Assembly (NCBI GenBank): GCA_964504535.1 | Contig: CAZDED010000003.1 | Coordinates: forward strand, 70,850-134,849 | Length of the DNA stretch: 64,000 nt | Direction of reading: 5' to 3' | Source: an uncultured Gammaproteobacteria bacterium | Lineage (GTDB): Bacteria; Patescibacteriota; Microgenomatia; Levybacterales; GWA1-39-11 | In this document: one piece after another, positions 18,764 to 28,930 of the stretch | Layout of the letters: each line of letters starts with the position of its first letter | Position numbering within the stretch: the first letter of the stretch is position 1 | Notes under the pieces: generated by a model | What the model was told of the DNA's origin: nothing | The model's database searches: none | The model's input: the letters and a program-made list of their open reading frames with translations, nothing else | Made by a program: the position numbers and the translations under genes

Positions 18764-21325
18764 CTAAAGAACTCCCTTTAGGAATTTTTCGATGCCTTTT
18801 TTATCTCTTCTCAAAAGCTGGGCATTTGTGTGGATCTTCTCGACAGTTTGGGCAACTGTTCGCTCAATACCTTCTGATTTGTTTTTTACGAAGAACTTTT
18901 CAACGGTGTCTGCTTTTTTGTCTGTTGCAAATTTAGAGAACGGCAAGATAAATCTAGAGAACAGATGTCCACCGGCAAACCTTTCTTCCAGATCCTTCCA
19001 GTGAGAAGTCACAAATTCCCATGCTATGCCGATTGCATGTGGGTTAAGAGACATAAGATTTACTGCTTTGAAAGCGTCTTGGGCTCTCACATCTTTTGAG
19101 AAAGCCAAAATAAGCGTTTTTTGCAAGAATTCCTCATTTTTAAAAGAGCATAAAGCTCTCAGTGCTCTATCTTTTTCCTCTTCAGACGGTGCAGTCTTAT
19201 AGATTTTCACAAATTTATCAAACTCTTTTTGTCCTCCATTTTCAGCAACGAGTGAAAAAACTAATGATTTTATATCTGAATCGATTTTTAATCCTTTGTT
19301 CATTTTTTCAAACATTTCTCGTGCTTTTTTTATTGTTTGCTTATCTTCAAAAGAACCGTATGCAAAGGTGGCAGCACTTCGAAGAAGAGTGTGTTGATGA
19401 GACTCTCCTTTTTTCTTGCTCCACCCCACATGGGAAACGATTGGCGAAAGTAGTTGCCTTCCAAATTCAGTGAAAGATTCGTAACAGTCTGATCCATGAA
19501 GCAAAAATTTAATTTCAAAAAGATGGGAAATTATTTCTGACCAGACGATATACCCTTTTTCATTTTTATATCCGGTCAAAAGATCTAAAGCCTCTCTTGT
19601 TGGAATATATCCTGCCTCAGAAAGAGCAAAAGCGTCTCTGACTATAGCAAACCGTGATTCTTCGTTGAGTCGTGTATCTCCTTTTTGGATCGGTAGCTCG
19701 ATGGCATTAAGTAATTCATCGGCGTAGCGAATTCTAACAAAACTAGTATCATCTGCATTTGCTTTAAGCCAATTTGTATTTGAAAAACCAGGAAGTACTA
19801 CTGACTTTTTATCAACAAGCGTTGTCACGGGATTTTTCTTATTGTCAGTAAGTATAGACAACGGAATTAACCACGATGCATTTTCTCTCTTTTTTACAAG
19901 CGGACTCGAATAAAATCTCTCTTGAGTAAGTGTTAATTTACCGTTCTTTTTCTCAACGGTCACGACGGGATACCCCGATTGTGAAGTCCAGTTCTTCATG
20001 ATTTTACCAACAGGTTTGCCTGAGACTTTCTGCAATGCATTCCATAAATCAGATGTTGAGGCATTACTATACTTATGAGTCTTGAGATACCTATTAAGAC
20101 CTTTCTGGAAATTGCGCTCTCCTACGTAGCTTTCTATCATGCGAATTACTGACGCACCTTTAGAGTAGGAAACTGCATCAAAGATCTCGCTTATTTCCCC
20201 AGGATGATGGACAGGTACTTCAATCGGGTGGGTGTTTTCAAGCCCGTCTAATGAGAGTGCTTTGGCCTGTTCTGTATAGACGAATTGGGTCCATATATTC
20301 CATTTAGGAAATAGTTTGTCTACAGCCAAATACTCCATGAAAGAAGCAAATCCTTCATTGAGCCACAAGTGTGTCCACCATTCCATCGTTACTAAATTAC
20401 CAAACCACTGATGAGCCAATTCATGGGCGATAATAAGTGCCACCCATTGCTTTGTAATAAGAGATGAATTCTCCGGATCAACAAGCAGTGCAGTTTCGCG
20501 GTATGTAACTGCTCCCCAATTCTCCATTGCCCCATTTGCAAAATCAGGAATTGCTACAAGATCCATTGTGGAGATTGGATAAGCGATACCGAAATAATCA
20601 TGGTAAAAAGTCATGAGTCTTGCTGCCACATCCAAAGCAAATTTTGCCTGCTCTTTTTTACCAGGAGTGACAAATACCCGAACCAATACTCCTTCTTTTG
20701 TTTTTTTCTCAATATATTCAAAATGACCGATGATAAATGCGAGTAAATAGCTAGACATTTTCGGAGTTGGCGCAAATTTTACGGTCTTAAATCCCCCATT
20801 GTGCTCTAGAATTTCAGTTTCGATGGTATTTGAGATGACTGTCCTGTCAGATGGGACTTTGAGTGAGACTTCAAAAGTTGCTTTGTGAGCCGGCTCATCA
20901 AAATTTGGAAATGCACGACGAGCATCTGTTGATTCAAATTGGGTTACTCCCATGTGATACGTCTTACCATCGTGCTCATATCGGCTTCTGTAAAATCCAC
21001 GCATCTTGTCATTTAGAATTCCTGTAAATTTGATTGTTATTTTTGTATTTCCTGTTTTTATTGGATTTGCAAATGTAAATGTCACAGTCTCTGCCTTTTT
21101 GTTATATGTGATTCTGCTTGCTGTTTGTTTGGCAACCGAAACTTGAAGGACTTCAATCTCTGCGCTGTGAAGTGTGATCTCTTTCGTAGGTTTTAAGACA
21201 TTAACAGAAATGGTCTCCTCACCCTCGAAAATAAAATTATCCAAGTCAGGCGCCAGAAAAATTTCGTAGTGGGTTGGTGTAATATTTTTTGAAAGCCGTA
21301 CGTCCGGAGTTTTACTTTTCGTCAT
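18764..21325 (-). CDS. pepN: M1 family aminopeptidase (PepN/puromycin-sensitive type)
   Basis: GAMENWG, HELAHQWFGNLVT..WW..LWLNEGFA. Confidence 0.93.
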   Translation of the reverse strand: MTKSKTPDVRLSKNITPTHYEIFLAPDLDNFIFEGEETISVNVLKPTKEITLHSAEIEVLQVSVAKQTASRITYNKKAETVTFTFANPIKTGNTKITIKFTGILNDKMRGFYRSRYEHDGKTYHMGVTQFESTDARRAFPNFDEPAHKATFEVSLKVPSDRTVISNTIETEILEHNGGFKTVKFAPTPKMSSYLLAFIIGHFEYIEKKTKEGVLVRVFVTPGKKEQAKFALDVAARLMTFYHDYFGIAYPISTMDLVAIPDFANGAMENWGAVTYRETALLVDPENSSLITKQWVALIIAHELAHQWFGNLVTMEWWTHLWLNEGFASFMEYLAVDKLFPKWNIWTQFVYTEQAKALSLDGLENTHPIEVPVHHPGEISEIFDAVSYSKGASVIRMIESYVGERNFQKGLNRYLKTHKYSNASTSDLWNALQKVSGKPVGKIMKNWTSQSGYPVVTVEKKNGKLTLTQERFYSSPLVKKRENASWLIPLSILTDNKKNPVTTLVDKKSVVLPGFSNTNWLKANADDTSFVRIRYADELLNAIELPIQKGDTRLNEESRFAIVRDAFALSEAGYIPTREALDLLTGYKNEKGYIVWSEIISHLFEIKFLLHGSDCYESFTEFGRQLLSPIVSHVGWSKKKGESHQHTLLRSAATFAYGSFEDKQTIKKAREMFEKMNKGLKIDSDIKSLVFSLVAENGGQKEFDKFVKIYKTAPSEEEKDRALRALCSFKNEEFLQKTLILAFSKDVRAQDAFKAVNLMSLNPHAIGIAWEFVTSHWKDLEERFAGGHLFSRFILPFSKFATDKKADTVEKFFVKNKSEGIERTVAQTVEKIHTNAQLLRRDKKGIEKFLKGVL

Positions 21326-21378
21326 TTTATTGCGGGCAAGCGGTCTAAAGTATATAATATATGAGTTCAAAAAACAAC

Positions 21379-21463
21379 GCCGCGGTGCTGGAATGGTATA
21401 CAGGTTAGTCTCAAAAACTAATGATCAATTTCGGTCATGAGGGTTCGAGTCCCTCCCGCGGCA
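21379..21463 (+). tRNA. tRNA-Leu(CAA)
   Basis: GCCGCGG/CCGCGGC acceptor, TTAGT-CTCAAAA-ACTAA anticodon arm, long variable arm, GGTTCGAGTCC. Confidence 0.95.
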
Positions 21464-21499
21464 CACCATAAAAGCTAAAAGTTATCAATTAAAAGAAGA

Positions 21500-21820
21500 A
21501 TGAAGAAAAGTTTAAACGAATTAAAAGAGGAAACTAAGATAGTCACTTCTCAAATGCCAGACAACGATAAGTGGACTATTCACAACCGCTTTATGGAGCT
21601 TGTTGAAGAAGTTGGGGAATTGGGAAACGCTATTCAAACCAGTGAAGGTTTTAAGTCTAAAAAAAGAAAAAAATCGGAGCTTGTTGACTCGGTATGCGAT
21701 GTTTTATTTGAAATTTTCAATATCGCATCCTACTACAAAATTGATTTAGACAAAGAGTATCCTAAAGTTTTAAAATTTATTGACGATAGAAGAAAAGCTG
21801 GTGAATTCGATCATGAATAG
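21500..21820 (+). CDS. MazG-like nucleotide pyrophosphohydrolase
   Basis: ELVEEVGEL...EL.D..CD. Confidence 0.85.
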   Translation: MKKSLNELKEETKIVTSQMPDNDKWTIHNRFMELVEEVGELGNAIQTSEGFKSKKRKKSELVDSVCDVLFEIFNIASYYKIDLDKEYPKVLKFIDDRRKAGEFDHE

Positions 21821-22217
21821 ATTGATTAGAAAGATTAACTTCAAACGCTACGCTCTCTATCTCATCCGCTGGCAGCTATCAACTCCACTACTTGCTCCCA
21901 TTGTTGCTTGGTTTAAGCACTCACCTTCAATGTTTGGGACCTCTGAAGACTGGATTGCTGCAACTATTGCAAATTTTATTGGGGGACTTATTTTTTTCTG
22001 GGTCGATAGTTTTATATTTACGTCAAAATCACTCGACTCCTCTTGGGAAATAAAAGATAACGTTAGGTGCGTAGATTGTGGGAAATTGTGTCGTGGATAT
22101 AGGCTGGTCAAAACGTCAAATTACGATAGAGTTAAAGATAAATACCCAGAATTTAGATGCGAGGTTCATTCAAAAAAGAAAACGTCACAACTTAGAAAAA
22201 AAGGTGTTTCAATTTAG
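21813..22217 (+). CDS. Membrane protein with C-terminal Cys cluster
   Basis: 2 TM; CVDCG...RCEVH; overlaps mazG stop. Confidence 0.7.
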   Translation: MNRLIRKINFKRYALYLIRWQLSTPLLAPIVAWFKHSPSMFGTSEDWIAATIANFIGGLIFFWVDSFIFTSKSLDSSWEIKDNVRCVDCGKLCRGYRLVKTSNYDRVKDKYPEFRCEVHSKKKTSQLRKKGVSI

Positions 22218-22237
22218 TAATTTAATCAGCTGTTTTG

Positions 22238-22308
22238 TGGACCTGCGGGGAATTGAACCCCGACCAATGCAATGCGAATGCACTATTGTACCGTTCAACC
22301 ACAGGCCC
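22238..22308 (-). tRNA. tRNA-Ala(CGC)
   Basis: GGGCCTG/CAGGTCC acceptor with G3:U70, TTCGCAT loop, GGTTCAATTCC. Confidence 0.93.
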
Positions 22309-22382
22309 GAAGGGACAGCCAAGCTTTGCTTACAGGCCCAACGCATCAGTTTCACCCAAATTATATTTGATATGATAAATAT

Positions 22383-22952
22383 ATGAAAGACTCGTACAAT
22401 TATAAATCGGCGTGGACAAGATGGGTAGCACTTTGTAGTTCTGACCTCTCTGAGCGTAAAAAACTCCTAGAGAATCTTCATCCTGAAGTGCGCAAGGGCA
22501 TTGATATTGTTGTCAGAATCGCTTATGAGGAGATCAGCTCACAAGTCAAGGATCTTAAAATACTACAAGATGATATCGAATTGGGACTTTCTTCTCTCGT
22601 ACTAAAGGGGTATCTCTTCTTTCTTGTCACTCAAGAGATTGATCCGTTCGAATCAAATCTTATTGCAAGTAACAAAACAAATGAGTTGGGAAATGTTTGG
22701 ATGGAAAACTATGAGAAAGATCAGGGTAGAAGCATCATCGAAAAAATTGACCCCATCATTTCAATCATCATGCAAAATGAAAAAAACAATCAGTTCATAA
22801 TGCTTCTTAAAGAACATGACGATATTTCAAAAATGCCTTATAATAACATCCGTCTATTTGAACTCTTTTATAGTTGGGCTATCCACCAAGGATTTATCTT
22901 CGGGATGATAGAAAACAACCTTTCAGACGAAAAAAAACATTCTCATGAGTGA
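22383..22952 (+). CDS. Hypothetical protein
   Basis: 189-aa ORF, leaderless-type start. Confidence 0.7.
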   Translation: MKDSYNYKSAWTRWVALCSSDLSERKKLLENLHPEVRKGIDIVVRIAYEEISSQVKDLKILQDDIELGLSSLVLKGYLFFLVTQEIDPFESNLIASNKTNELGNVWMENYEKDQGRSIIEKIDPIISIIMQNEKNNQFIMLLKEHDDISKMPYNNIRLFELFYSWAIHQGFIFGMIENNLSDEKKHSHE

Positions 22953-23685
22953 ATATCCCGGTATTAATGTTATCCACAAGAAAAGTGGAATTGTTGAAAC
23001 GACCGTAGGTCGGGTTGGGTCAATCCCTAAAAATGTCCTGCTTGCCACCCCGCAGGCCGTATTCCAAGGACCTGACAAAGAATGGAGTGAAAAATTTGGC
23101 GGTAAATTAAAGCCTCTTAACACTCATGGGAACATTGAAATTTATATGGGACACTCCCCTTTTTTGCGTCAAATGAAGCGTCTTTTTAAGGGTCCAAGAA
23201 GGACTAATTTCTTTTTTAGGATGGGTCTTGGCATCCCAACAACTGTTGCAGGATCTCTTATGGGAAAATTGACTCGAGCTGACTACTACAATCCCTGGAC
23301 TGAGTCTGCGCAGGTTTTTCATCCAAGTAAAGCTATGGCCGCTCGTGGAGTCGGATATGCTCTGCATTTTGATAAGGCCAGCCATCCAACGATGAAAGCT
23401 GTATTCTCGGGCCTCCCATTCATCCATGCAAAAATTGCCTGGAAATCAAGTCAAGAGGGGCTAAAACAACTTGATACGGCAGACGTACATGACGCAAGTA
23501 AAATTTTAGAGCCTGCAATGGGACTTTCTTTAGGGGTTGACGCAGGTGTCTTTGATGGATTGACGAGTCTTGCACTTCTTCCAGCATCAGGTATTGTCGC
23601 GGGAGCAGCAATTCTTGCAGGGCACACACATTCAAGGTTATTTAAGGGTAATATTTTTGGAGTTCCCGCTGCTAAGAAAGGTTAA
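22945..23685 (+). CDS. Hypothetical protein (possible degenerate zincin-like, C-terminal hydrophobic)
   Basis: 246-aa ORF; DYYNPWT...H motif without intact HExxH. Confidence 0.6.
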   Translation: MSEYPGINVIHKKSGIVETTVGRVGSIPKNVLLATPQAVFQGPDKEWSEKFGGKLKPLNTHGNIEIYMGHSPFLRQMKRLFKGPRRTNFFFRMGLGIPTTVAGSLMGKLTRADYYNPWTESAQVFHPSKAMAARGVGYALHFDKASHPTMKAVFSGLPFIHAKIAWKSSQEGLKQLDTADVHDASKILEPAMGLSLGVDAGVFDGLTSLALLPASGIVAGAAILAGHTHSRLFKGNIFGVPAAKKG

Positions 23686-25004
23686 ACCTTTGTGGTATGC
23701 TCTACGTTATAAAAACGTATCCTGTCTCCGCGGAACAATAATTCTTTTTCACCAACAGGTCCATTTCTATGCTTTGCAATGAGTACATTTACAATTCTTT
23801 GTGAAGTAAATTCTTCATCCCCAGAATACAAAAACATTACAACGTCAGCATCTTGCTCAATTGCTCCTGATTCACGAAGATCAGCAAGTTGCGGCTTTCC
23901 TCCACCTCGTTGCTCAACCGCACGCGAAAGCTGAGATACACCAATTACTGGAATCTTTAGCTCTCTAGCCATGTTTTTAAGTGACTGAGATATATAACTC
24001 ACCTCGTTGACACGATTCTCAAATTTCTTTCCCGGATTGGCCAACTGCAAGTAGTCAACCACCAGAAGTTTTAGATTGTGTTCGGATTGAAGCCGTCTCG
24101 CTTTTGTTCTCATTTCAGGAATTGAAAGTCCAGGTGTATCATCAATAAAAATTGGAGCTTCAGCAAGTTGGCCCATGGCAACTGACAGCTTATCAAAATC
24201 CTCTTCTCCAAGTCTTCCTGTTTTTAATTTCCATGCGTCTATATCACTTTGGGATACCAACATACGATCCACCAACTCTTCTTTACTCATCTCAAGCGAA
24301 AAAACACCGACAGGTTGTTTGTTTGCGATCGCAACATGCTGGGCAATATTGATAACAAATGCAGTTTTTCCCTGACCGGGACGGGCAGCAAGAATTATTA
24401 AATTTGAAGCTTGAAGCCCAGATAGAAGATTGTCAAGATCGGTAAATCCTGTTTCTACACCACGAAGACCCGCACCCGTTTTTTGCAGCTCCTCAAGCCT
24501 ATCAAAACTCTCTGCCAATGTCTCTTTGATGTGAATAAATCCTTGTTTGACGTGTTCTTGTGAAATCTTAAATATTTGCTGTTCGCTTACTGACAATATT
24601 TCGTTAGCCTCGCGGTCTTCAGTAAATGCATCTTCGGTTATCACTGAGCTGATTTGGATAAGACTTCTTCTCACATATTTCTCACGGATAATTCCTGCAT
24701 AATATTCGCTATTGGCGGCAGTTGGAACGACGTTAGTTAAGGAAGACAAATATGAACTCCCGCCAATTTTGTCGTATTTTTTCTTCTTTTTCAGATAGTC
24801 TGTGAGTGTCAGAAGGTCGATTGGCTTTCTTTCTTCATACAATGTGTTCATCGCATCATATATTTCTTTATGTCGATCATCATAGAAGTGGTCAGCATCA
24901 ATAAGTTGTGACACGGAAATTATAGCGTCCTTATCTATCAAGATGGCGCCTAAAACAGCTTGTTCAGCTTCTGCATCATGAGGGGGTATTCGAACAACTG
25001 CCAT
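23682..25004 (-). CDS. dnaB: Replicative DNA helicase
   Basis: AEQAVLG, AARPGQGKT, VDYLQL, SQLSR, LRESGAIEQDAD, KHRNGP. Confidence 0.98.
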   Translation of the reverse strand: MAVVRIPPHDAEAEQAVLGAILIDKDAIISVSQLIDADHFYDDRHKEIYDAMNTLYEERKPIDLLTLTDYLKKKKKYDKIGGSSYLSSLTNVVPTAANSEYYAGIIREKYVRRSLIQISSVITEDAFTEDREANEILSVSEQQIFKISQEHVKQGFIHIKETLAESFDRLEELQKTGAGLRGVETGFTDLDNLLSGLQASNLIILAARPGQGKTAFVINIAQHVAIANKQPVGVFSLEMSKEELVDRMLVSQSDIDAWKLKTGRLGEEDFDKLSVAMGQLAEAPIFIDDTPGLSIPEMRTKARRLQSEHNLKLLVVDYLQLANPGKKFENRVNEVSYISQSLKNMARELKIPVIGVSQLSRAVEQRGGGKPQLADLRESGAIEQDADVVMFLYSGDEEFTSQRIVNVLIAKHRNGPVGEKELLFRGDRIRFYNVEHTTKV

Positions 25005-25009
25005 ATTTC

Positions 25010-25122
25010 TTTTTCGTAGAAAAAGAAATTCTAAATTCGAATATCGAAATTCGAAACAGAATTGTTTGAGATTTTATTTTTGAAATTTGTCTCGTGCTTC
25101 GAAATTCGTGCTTCGTGCTTTT
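25010..25122. repeat. Intergenic CGAAATT/GTGCTTC heptamer inverted-repeat element, copy 1
   Basis: Similar to 32024-32147. Confidence 0.8.
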
Positions 25123-25124
25123 AC

Positions 25125-25622
25125 TTATTTCTTTTCCAAATATACTACGTTACTACTTAGCTCTTCTTGTTTTTTGAGATTTATTTTATTGGTCTTGGTA
25201 GCCATAAGAGTCTCAGGTATATAACTGGGATCTCCATACACTACTACTCTTTTTGAAGAAAGTGCTGCCAGCGTCGCTTCATCAACCAAAGCTGTTGCTT
25301 TCACAATCACAGCATCATATTCCTCAACATCTGTGAGTTTTGCAATAGAATTTGAAGAAACGAGAAGCGCTCTTCCATCTCCCGTATCAATAGAATACAT
25401 CGTCTCGGTCTCAGGTCGGGTGCCCTTGATCAGTATCCCACTACCTTCAAAATCACCTGGCCCAAATATCACGAGATTTTCAGGAGTCTGGATGATGTCT
25501 TTCTCAGACCCATCACTAAGTATTACCACCTTCGCATCTTCTGATGTTTCGGGATCAACAAGAATGTACCCACGCTTTGAGCTAATCTTTAAAGTGTTGA
25601 TTGTTGGGGAAGTCAATTCCAT
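25125..25622 (-). CDS. Degenerate metallo-beta-lactamase-fold protein
   Basis: ILVDP, IFGPGDFEGSGI pattern without His motif. Confidence 0.55.
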   Translation of the reverse strand: MELTSPTINTLKISSKRGYILVDPETSEDAKVVILSDGSEKDIIQTPENLVIFGPGDFEGSGILIKGTRPETETMYSIDTGDGRALLVSSNSIAKLTDVEEYDAVIVKATALVDEATLAALSSKRVVVYGDPSYIPETLMATKTNKINLKKQEELSSNVVYLEKK

Positions 25623-25770
25623 AAATTTTGTGTGTTACATCTTACCACTATACCCTCTTCCTTGACAAGATGGATACAATTTACTAATATCACTAAGCTA
25701 CGTCGCCTCGTATTTATCCAATTCATTAGGGCGAAAGCTGCCCCCAAATAGATTTGCTTATAGAATAACT

Positions 25771-26196
25771 ATGAAAGAACGTTTAATAATAATTATTGTC
25801 GCAATCATCGCCGGTCTTTTTATCACCTCCGCTGGTTTTTTCATATATCAATCCACAAAAAAAGCATCTGACACTCCCGTTGTTAAAAACGGACCAAAAA
25901 CTACAACTGCTCCTTCTTCAAATGGGTCTATATTTGTAAGAGTATCGGAACCAAATGACGAATCTTTAACTGCAAAAAGGACTGTTTCCGTAAAGGGATC
26001 AACTAACCCTGAGAATATAGTAGTAATTTCAAGCAATCTGGAAGATATCGAGGTAAAACCGGATCAAGAAGGCAACTTTTCTACATCAATTGATATCGAC
26101 GCTGGAGCAAATGAAATTGTAACAAGAGCGATAGCACCTGATGGTAGCACCACCCTAGACATCAAAACGATTACATACTCGACAGAGGAGTTCTAA
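25771..26196 (+). CDS. Membrane-anchored Ig-like domain protein
   Basis: TM then V.G.T.P...GNFS..I.L..GANEI. Confidence 0.7.
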   Translation: MKERLIIIIVAIIAGLFITSAGFFIYQSTKKASDTPVVKNGPKTTTAPSSNGSIFVRVSEPNDESLTAKRTVSVKGSTNPENIVVISSNLEDIEVKPDQEGNFSTSIDIDAGANEIVTRAIAPDGSTTLDIKTITYSTEEF

Positions 26197-26234
26197 ATAG
26201 TAGTTAGCAGACAACAGACAGTAGTAATAGAATT

Positions 26235-26996
26235 ATGAAATACCTAAGTAAATATACAAAAACATTTACATCTTTTATCCTGCTGTCTTTTGTCTTCTGT
26301 CTAATGACTACTCAAATTTTTGCTGCTACTCCTACCCCCCGTCCTTCTCAAAATCAAATCTCAAGTGATAGTGCTGAGCTTGAAAAAATACAAAAAATAA
26401 AAGATATTGTTGCCAAAAAAGTAACTGAGCTCAACCTTGTAGAAAAAAGAGGGATTATAGGTACATTAAAGGATGTTTCCGGAATGCAATTAACGGTTAC
26501 CGACATAAAAGGCAATATCAGACATTTCGAAGTGGACGAACTGACAAAGTTCAGTTTTAGTACAAAAACAACTGTCGGAATATCTGATCTTGAGAAAGGC
26601 TCAAGGTATTCATTCATTGGACTCTACAATAAGGAAACACAAAAACTACTGGTTCGAGATATTGATAGTGTTGACACGATTCCTGTTTATTTTGAAGGGG
26701 CAATTTCTGATGTTGACAGTGATAATTATCAGCTTACAGTCGTAAATGAGCGCGGAGAAAAAAAGAAAGTTGATATTCAAAATTCTACAAAAACGAGTCT
26801 GGCTTCAACCGATGGAGATCTTACAAAATCTGGTTTTTCAAAATTAGCGGTCAATGAAAGAGTTTTGGCTATTGGATTTTGGGACAAGAAAGATAAAGAC
26901 CTCCTTTCATCTCTCAGGGTAATTCATTTCAAAAGCGTTCCTCCATCAAAGGAAATGCAATCTCATATTAATGTCGCGAGCGCGTCGGCAAAATAA
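26235..26996 (+). CDS. Secreted protein with tandem OB-like (DUF5666-like) repeats
   Basis: Signal peptide; two G.I......LTV...T...L..G..V...G repeats. Confidence 0.65.
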   Translation: MKYLSKYTKTFTSFILLSFVFCLMTTQIFAATPTPRPSQNQISSDSAELEKIQKIKDIVAKKVTELNLVEKRGIIGTLKDVSGMQLTVTDIKGNIRHFEVDELTKFSFSTKTTVGISDLEKGSRYSFIGLYNKETQKLLVRDIDSVDTIPVYFEGAISDVDSDNYQLTVVNERGEKKKVDIQNSTKTSLASTDGDLTKSGFSKLAVNERVLAIGFWDKKDKDLLSSLRVIHFKSVPPSKEMQSHINVASASAK

Positions 26997-27020
26997 TAAT
27001 TAGTAGTTAGAAGTTGGAAT

Positions 27021-28403
27021 TTAGATTTTTCTCAAAATCTTTGGAGGACCTTTCTTCTGATCATCAATCTCATAACCCATATTTTCTATCTTGTGTCTTA
27101 TCTGATCTGCCAACATATATCGTCCTTCTTTTCTTAACTTTTCCCGTTCGTTTGAAAGCTCTAATACATCAGGTGGAATTGCAGTCATTTTTTCAGAAGT
27201 TTCAAAAATCTGAAGTCCTAATACCTCATCCATGCGTCTTAAAGCAGCTGCCTTTGCTGCCTCACTCTCGTCAGACCGTATCATTTCCCACATGACCGCC
27301 AAAGCTCGTGGCATGTTAAGGTCTTGTCCCAAAACATGCAAAAATTCTACTTCATATTTATTGGCATACCCCTCAGGTTGTGGTAATTTTCCTGCAATCT
27401 CATATAATTTTCGCAAAGCAGTTGAAGCTCCGTCTAAGCCGTCCCATGTAAAATTCATCTTCGCTCGATAATGTGTCTGATATGTTAAATATCTGAAAGC
27501 AGCAGGTGCAAACCCTTTTTGTACAACGTCAGACAAAGTGAAAACATTTCCTTTCGACCGTGACATTTTTTCCTTATCTACTGAAAGAAAACTCGTATGT
27601 ACCCATTTCCCGGCAAATTTCTCCCCTGAAAAAGCTTCGGCTTGAGCAATCTCATCCTCATGATGAGGAAATATAAGGTCTTCTCCTCCCGCATGAATAT
27701 CCAAAGAAACTCCTAGATATTTCATAGACATGACACTACACTCTATGTGCCATCCAGGAACTCCCATTCCCCAGGGAGACTCCCATGACATAACTCTGTC
27801 TTCTGCTTTTTTCCAAAGAGCAAAATCTGCACTATCTTTCTTGTCAGTCTCAACAGATATCCTAACTGCTTCGAGCAGTTGATCCATTTTATCTAACGTA
27901 TTTCCAGATAATTTCCCGTAATCAGCAAATTTTTCAACTTTAAAATACACATTTCCATCTATCTCATAGGCAAACCCTTTATCTAGCAGTATCTTAATCA
28001 CTTCGATCATCTCTTCTATGTGATCTGATGCTTTTGGCATAACATCATGATCTAAAATATTGAGTTTTTTGGCATCCTTCAGGAATTTGTCAGTATAAAT
28101 CTTTGAGAGTTCAAGAGCAGTTATTCCCAATTTGTTGGCCTCTTCAACAATGGGATCAATTGCCTTATTTTTGTCTGCTCTAAATCTGAAATGTCCAACG
28201 TCTGTTATATTCATGACTGAAGTTACTTCAAATTCATTTGCTTTGAGGACTCTGCGCAAAATATCTGTCGTCAGATACGTTCTGAGATTGCCGATATGGA
28301 TGTCTCTGTATACTGTCGGTCCACAAGTGTAAATTGTCACTTTTGGAGGATAAAGCGGACTAAACTCTTCGAGTTGACTAGTAAATGTGTTGTATAGTTG
28401 CAT
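27021..28403 (-). CDS. cysS: Cysteine-tRNA ligase
   Basis: CGPTVY, HIGN, PGWHIECS, FPHHEDE, KMSRS. Confidence 0.97.
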   Translation of the reverse strand: MQLYNTFTSQLEEFSPLYPPKVTIYTCGPTVYRDIHIGNLRTYLTTDILRRVLKANEFEVTSVMNITDVGHFRFRADKNKAIDPIVEEANKLGITALELSKIYTDKFLKDAKKLNILDHDVMPKASDHIEEMIEVIKILLDKGFAYEIDGNVYFKVEKFADYGKLSGNTLDKMDQLLEAVRISVETDKKDSADFALWKKAEDRVMSWESPWGMGVPGWHIECSVMSMKYLGVSLDIHAGGEDLIFPHHEDEIAQAEAFSGEKFAGKWVHTSFLSVDKEKMSRSKGNVFTLSDVVQKGFAPAAFRYLTYQTHYRAKMNFTWDGLDGASTALRKLYEIAGKLPQPEGYANKYEVEFLHVLGQDLNMPRALAVMWEMIRSDESEAAKAAALRRMDEVLGLQIFETSEKMTAIPPDVLELSNEREKLRKEGRYMLADQIRHKIENMGYEIDDQKKGPPKILRKI

Positions 28404-28456
28404 GTGAGTTCAATTTTAACAGAATGAGGGTGAAAAAGTAAGGGACAGTAGTATAA

Positions 28457-28930
28457 CTATATTAGTTGCTCAAGGAGTGGAAGCATTTCTCTCAAATGAT
28501 TTATGGTCTCGTTCGGAATCTGCAATGTCGTTTCTGGCATAAAGTTACCCAACAACCTTTCTTTTGTCCAAACGGTGAACGCTCCTACTTCATTTCCTGG
28601 GGCTATATCTCTTTTTAGATTATCACCAACAACCATTGAGTCTGCAGTCTCCACATTCAATTTTCTTGCAATTAACCTAAAATCTTTTACTGGATTGCTC
28701 CGTGGAATTACTTGAACTTCGTCAAAGAAGTGTTTAATGCCTAGCCTTTCAAGATCTGCTACTCTTTCTTCGGTATTGTCTGTCAGTGCAATAGATACAA
28801 GACCTATAGCCAAACCTCTCGATCGTATATTTTCAAGAACATCAACAGTATTTGGAAATAAACCCTTTTCGACAGGGTCATAAAGCGTTCTTCCAAAATC
28901 AAAAAAAACAGCTTCTAATTGTCTACTCAT
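28457..28930 (-). CDS. HAD-family hydrolase
   Basis: FDFGRTL, VGDNLKRD. Confidence 0.85.
   Translation of the reverse strand: MSRQLEAVFFDFGRTLYDPVEKGLFPNTVDVLENIRSRGLAIGLVSIALTDNTEERVADLERLGIKHFFDEVQVIPRSNPVKDFRLIARKLNVETADSMVVGDNLKRDIAPGNEVGAFTVWTKERLLGNFMPETTLQIPNETINHLREMLPLLEQLI

Noticed and set aside
21379-22308. Genomic island bounded by the two tRNAs
   Set aside because: Only two small genes between them; no integrase or tRNA 3' duplication
25695-25750. Riboswitch in leader of 25771 gene
   Set aside because: Only a weak TCGCC..GGCGA stem; no recognisable aptamer consensus
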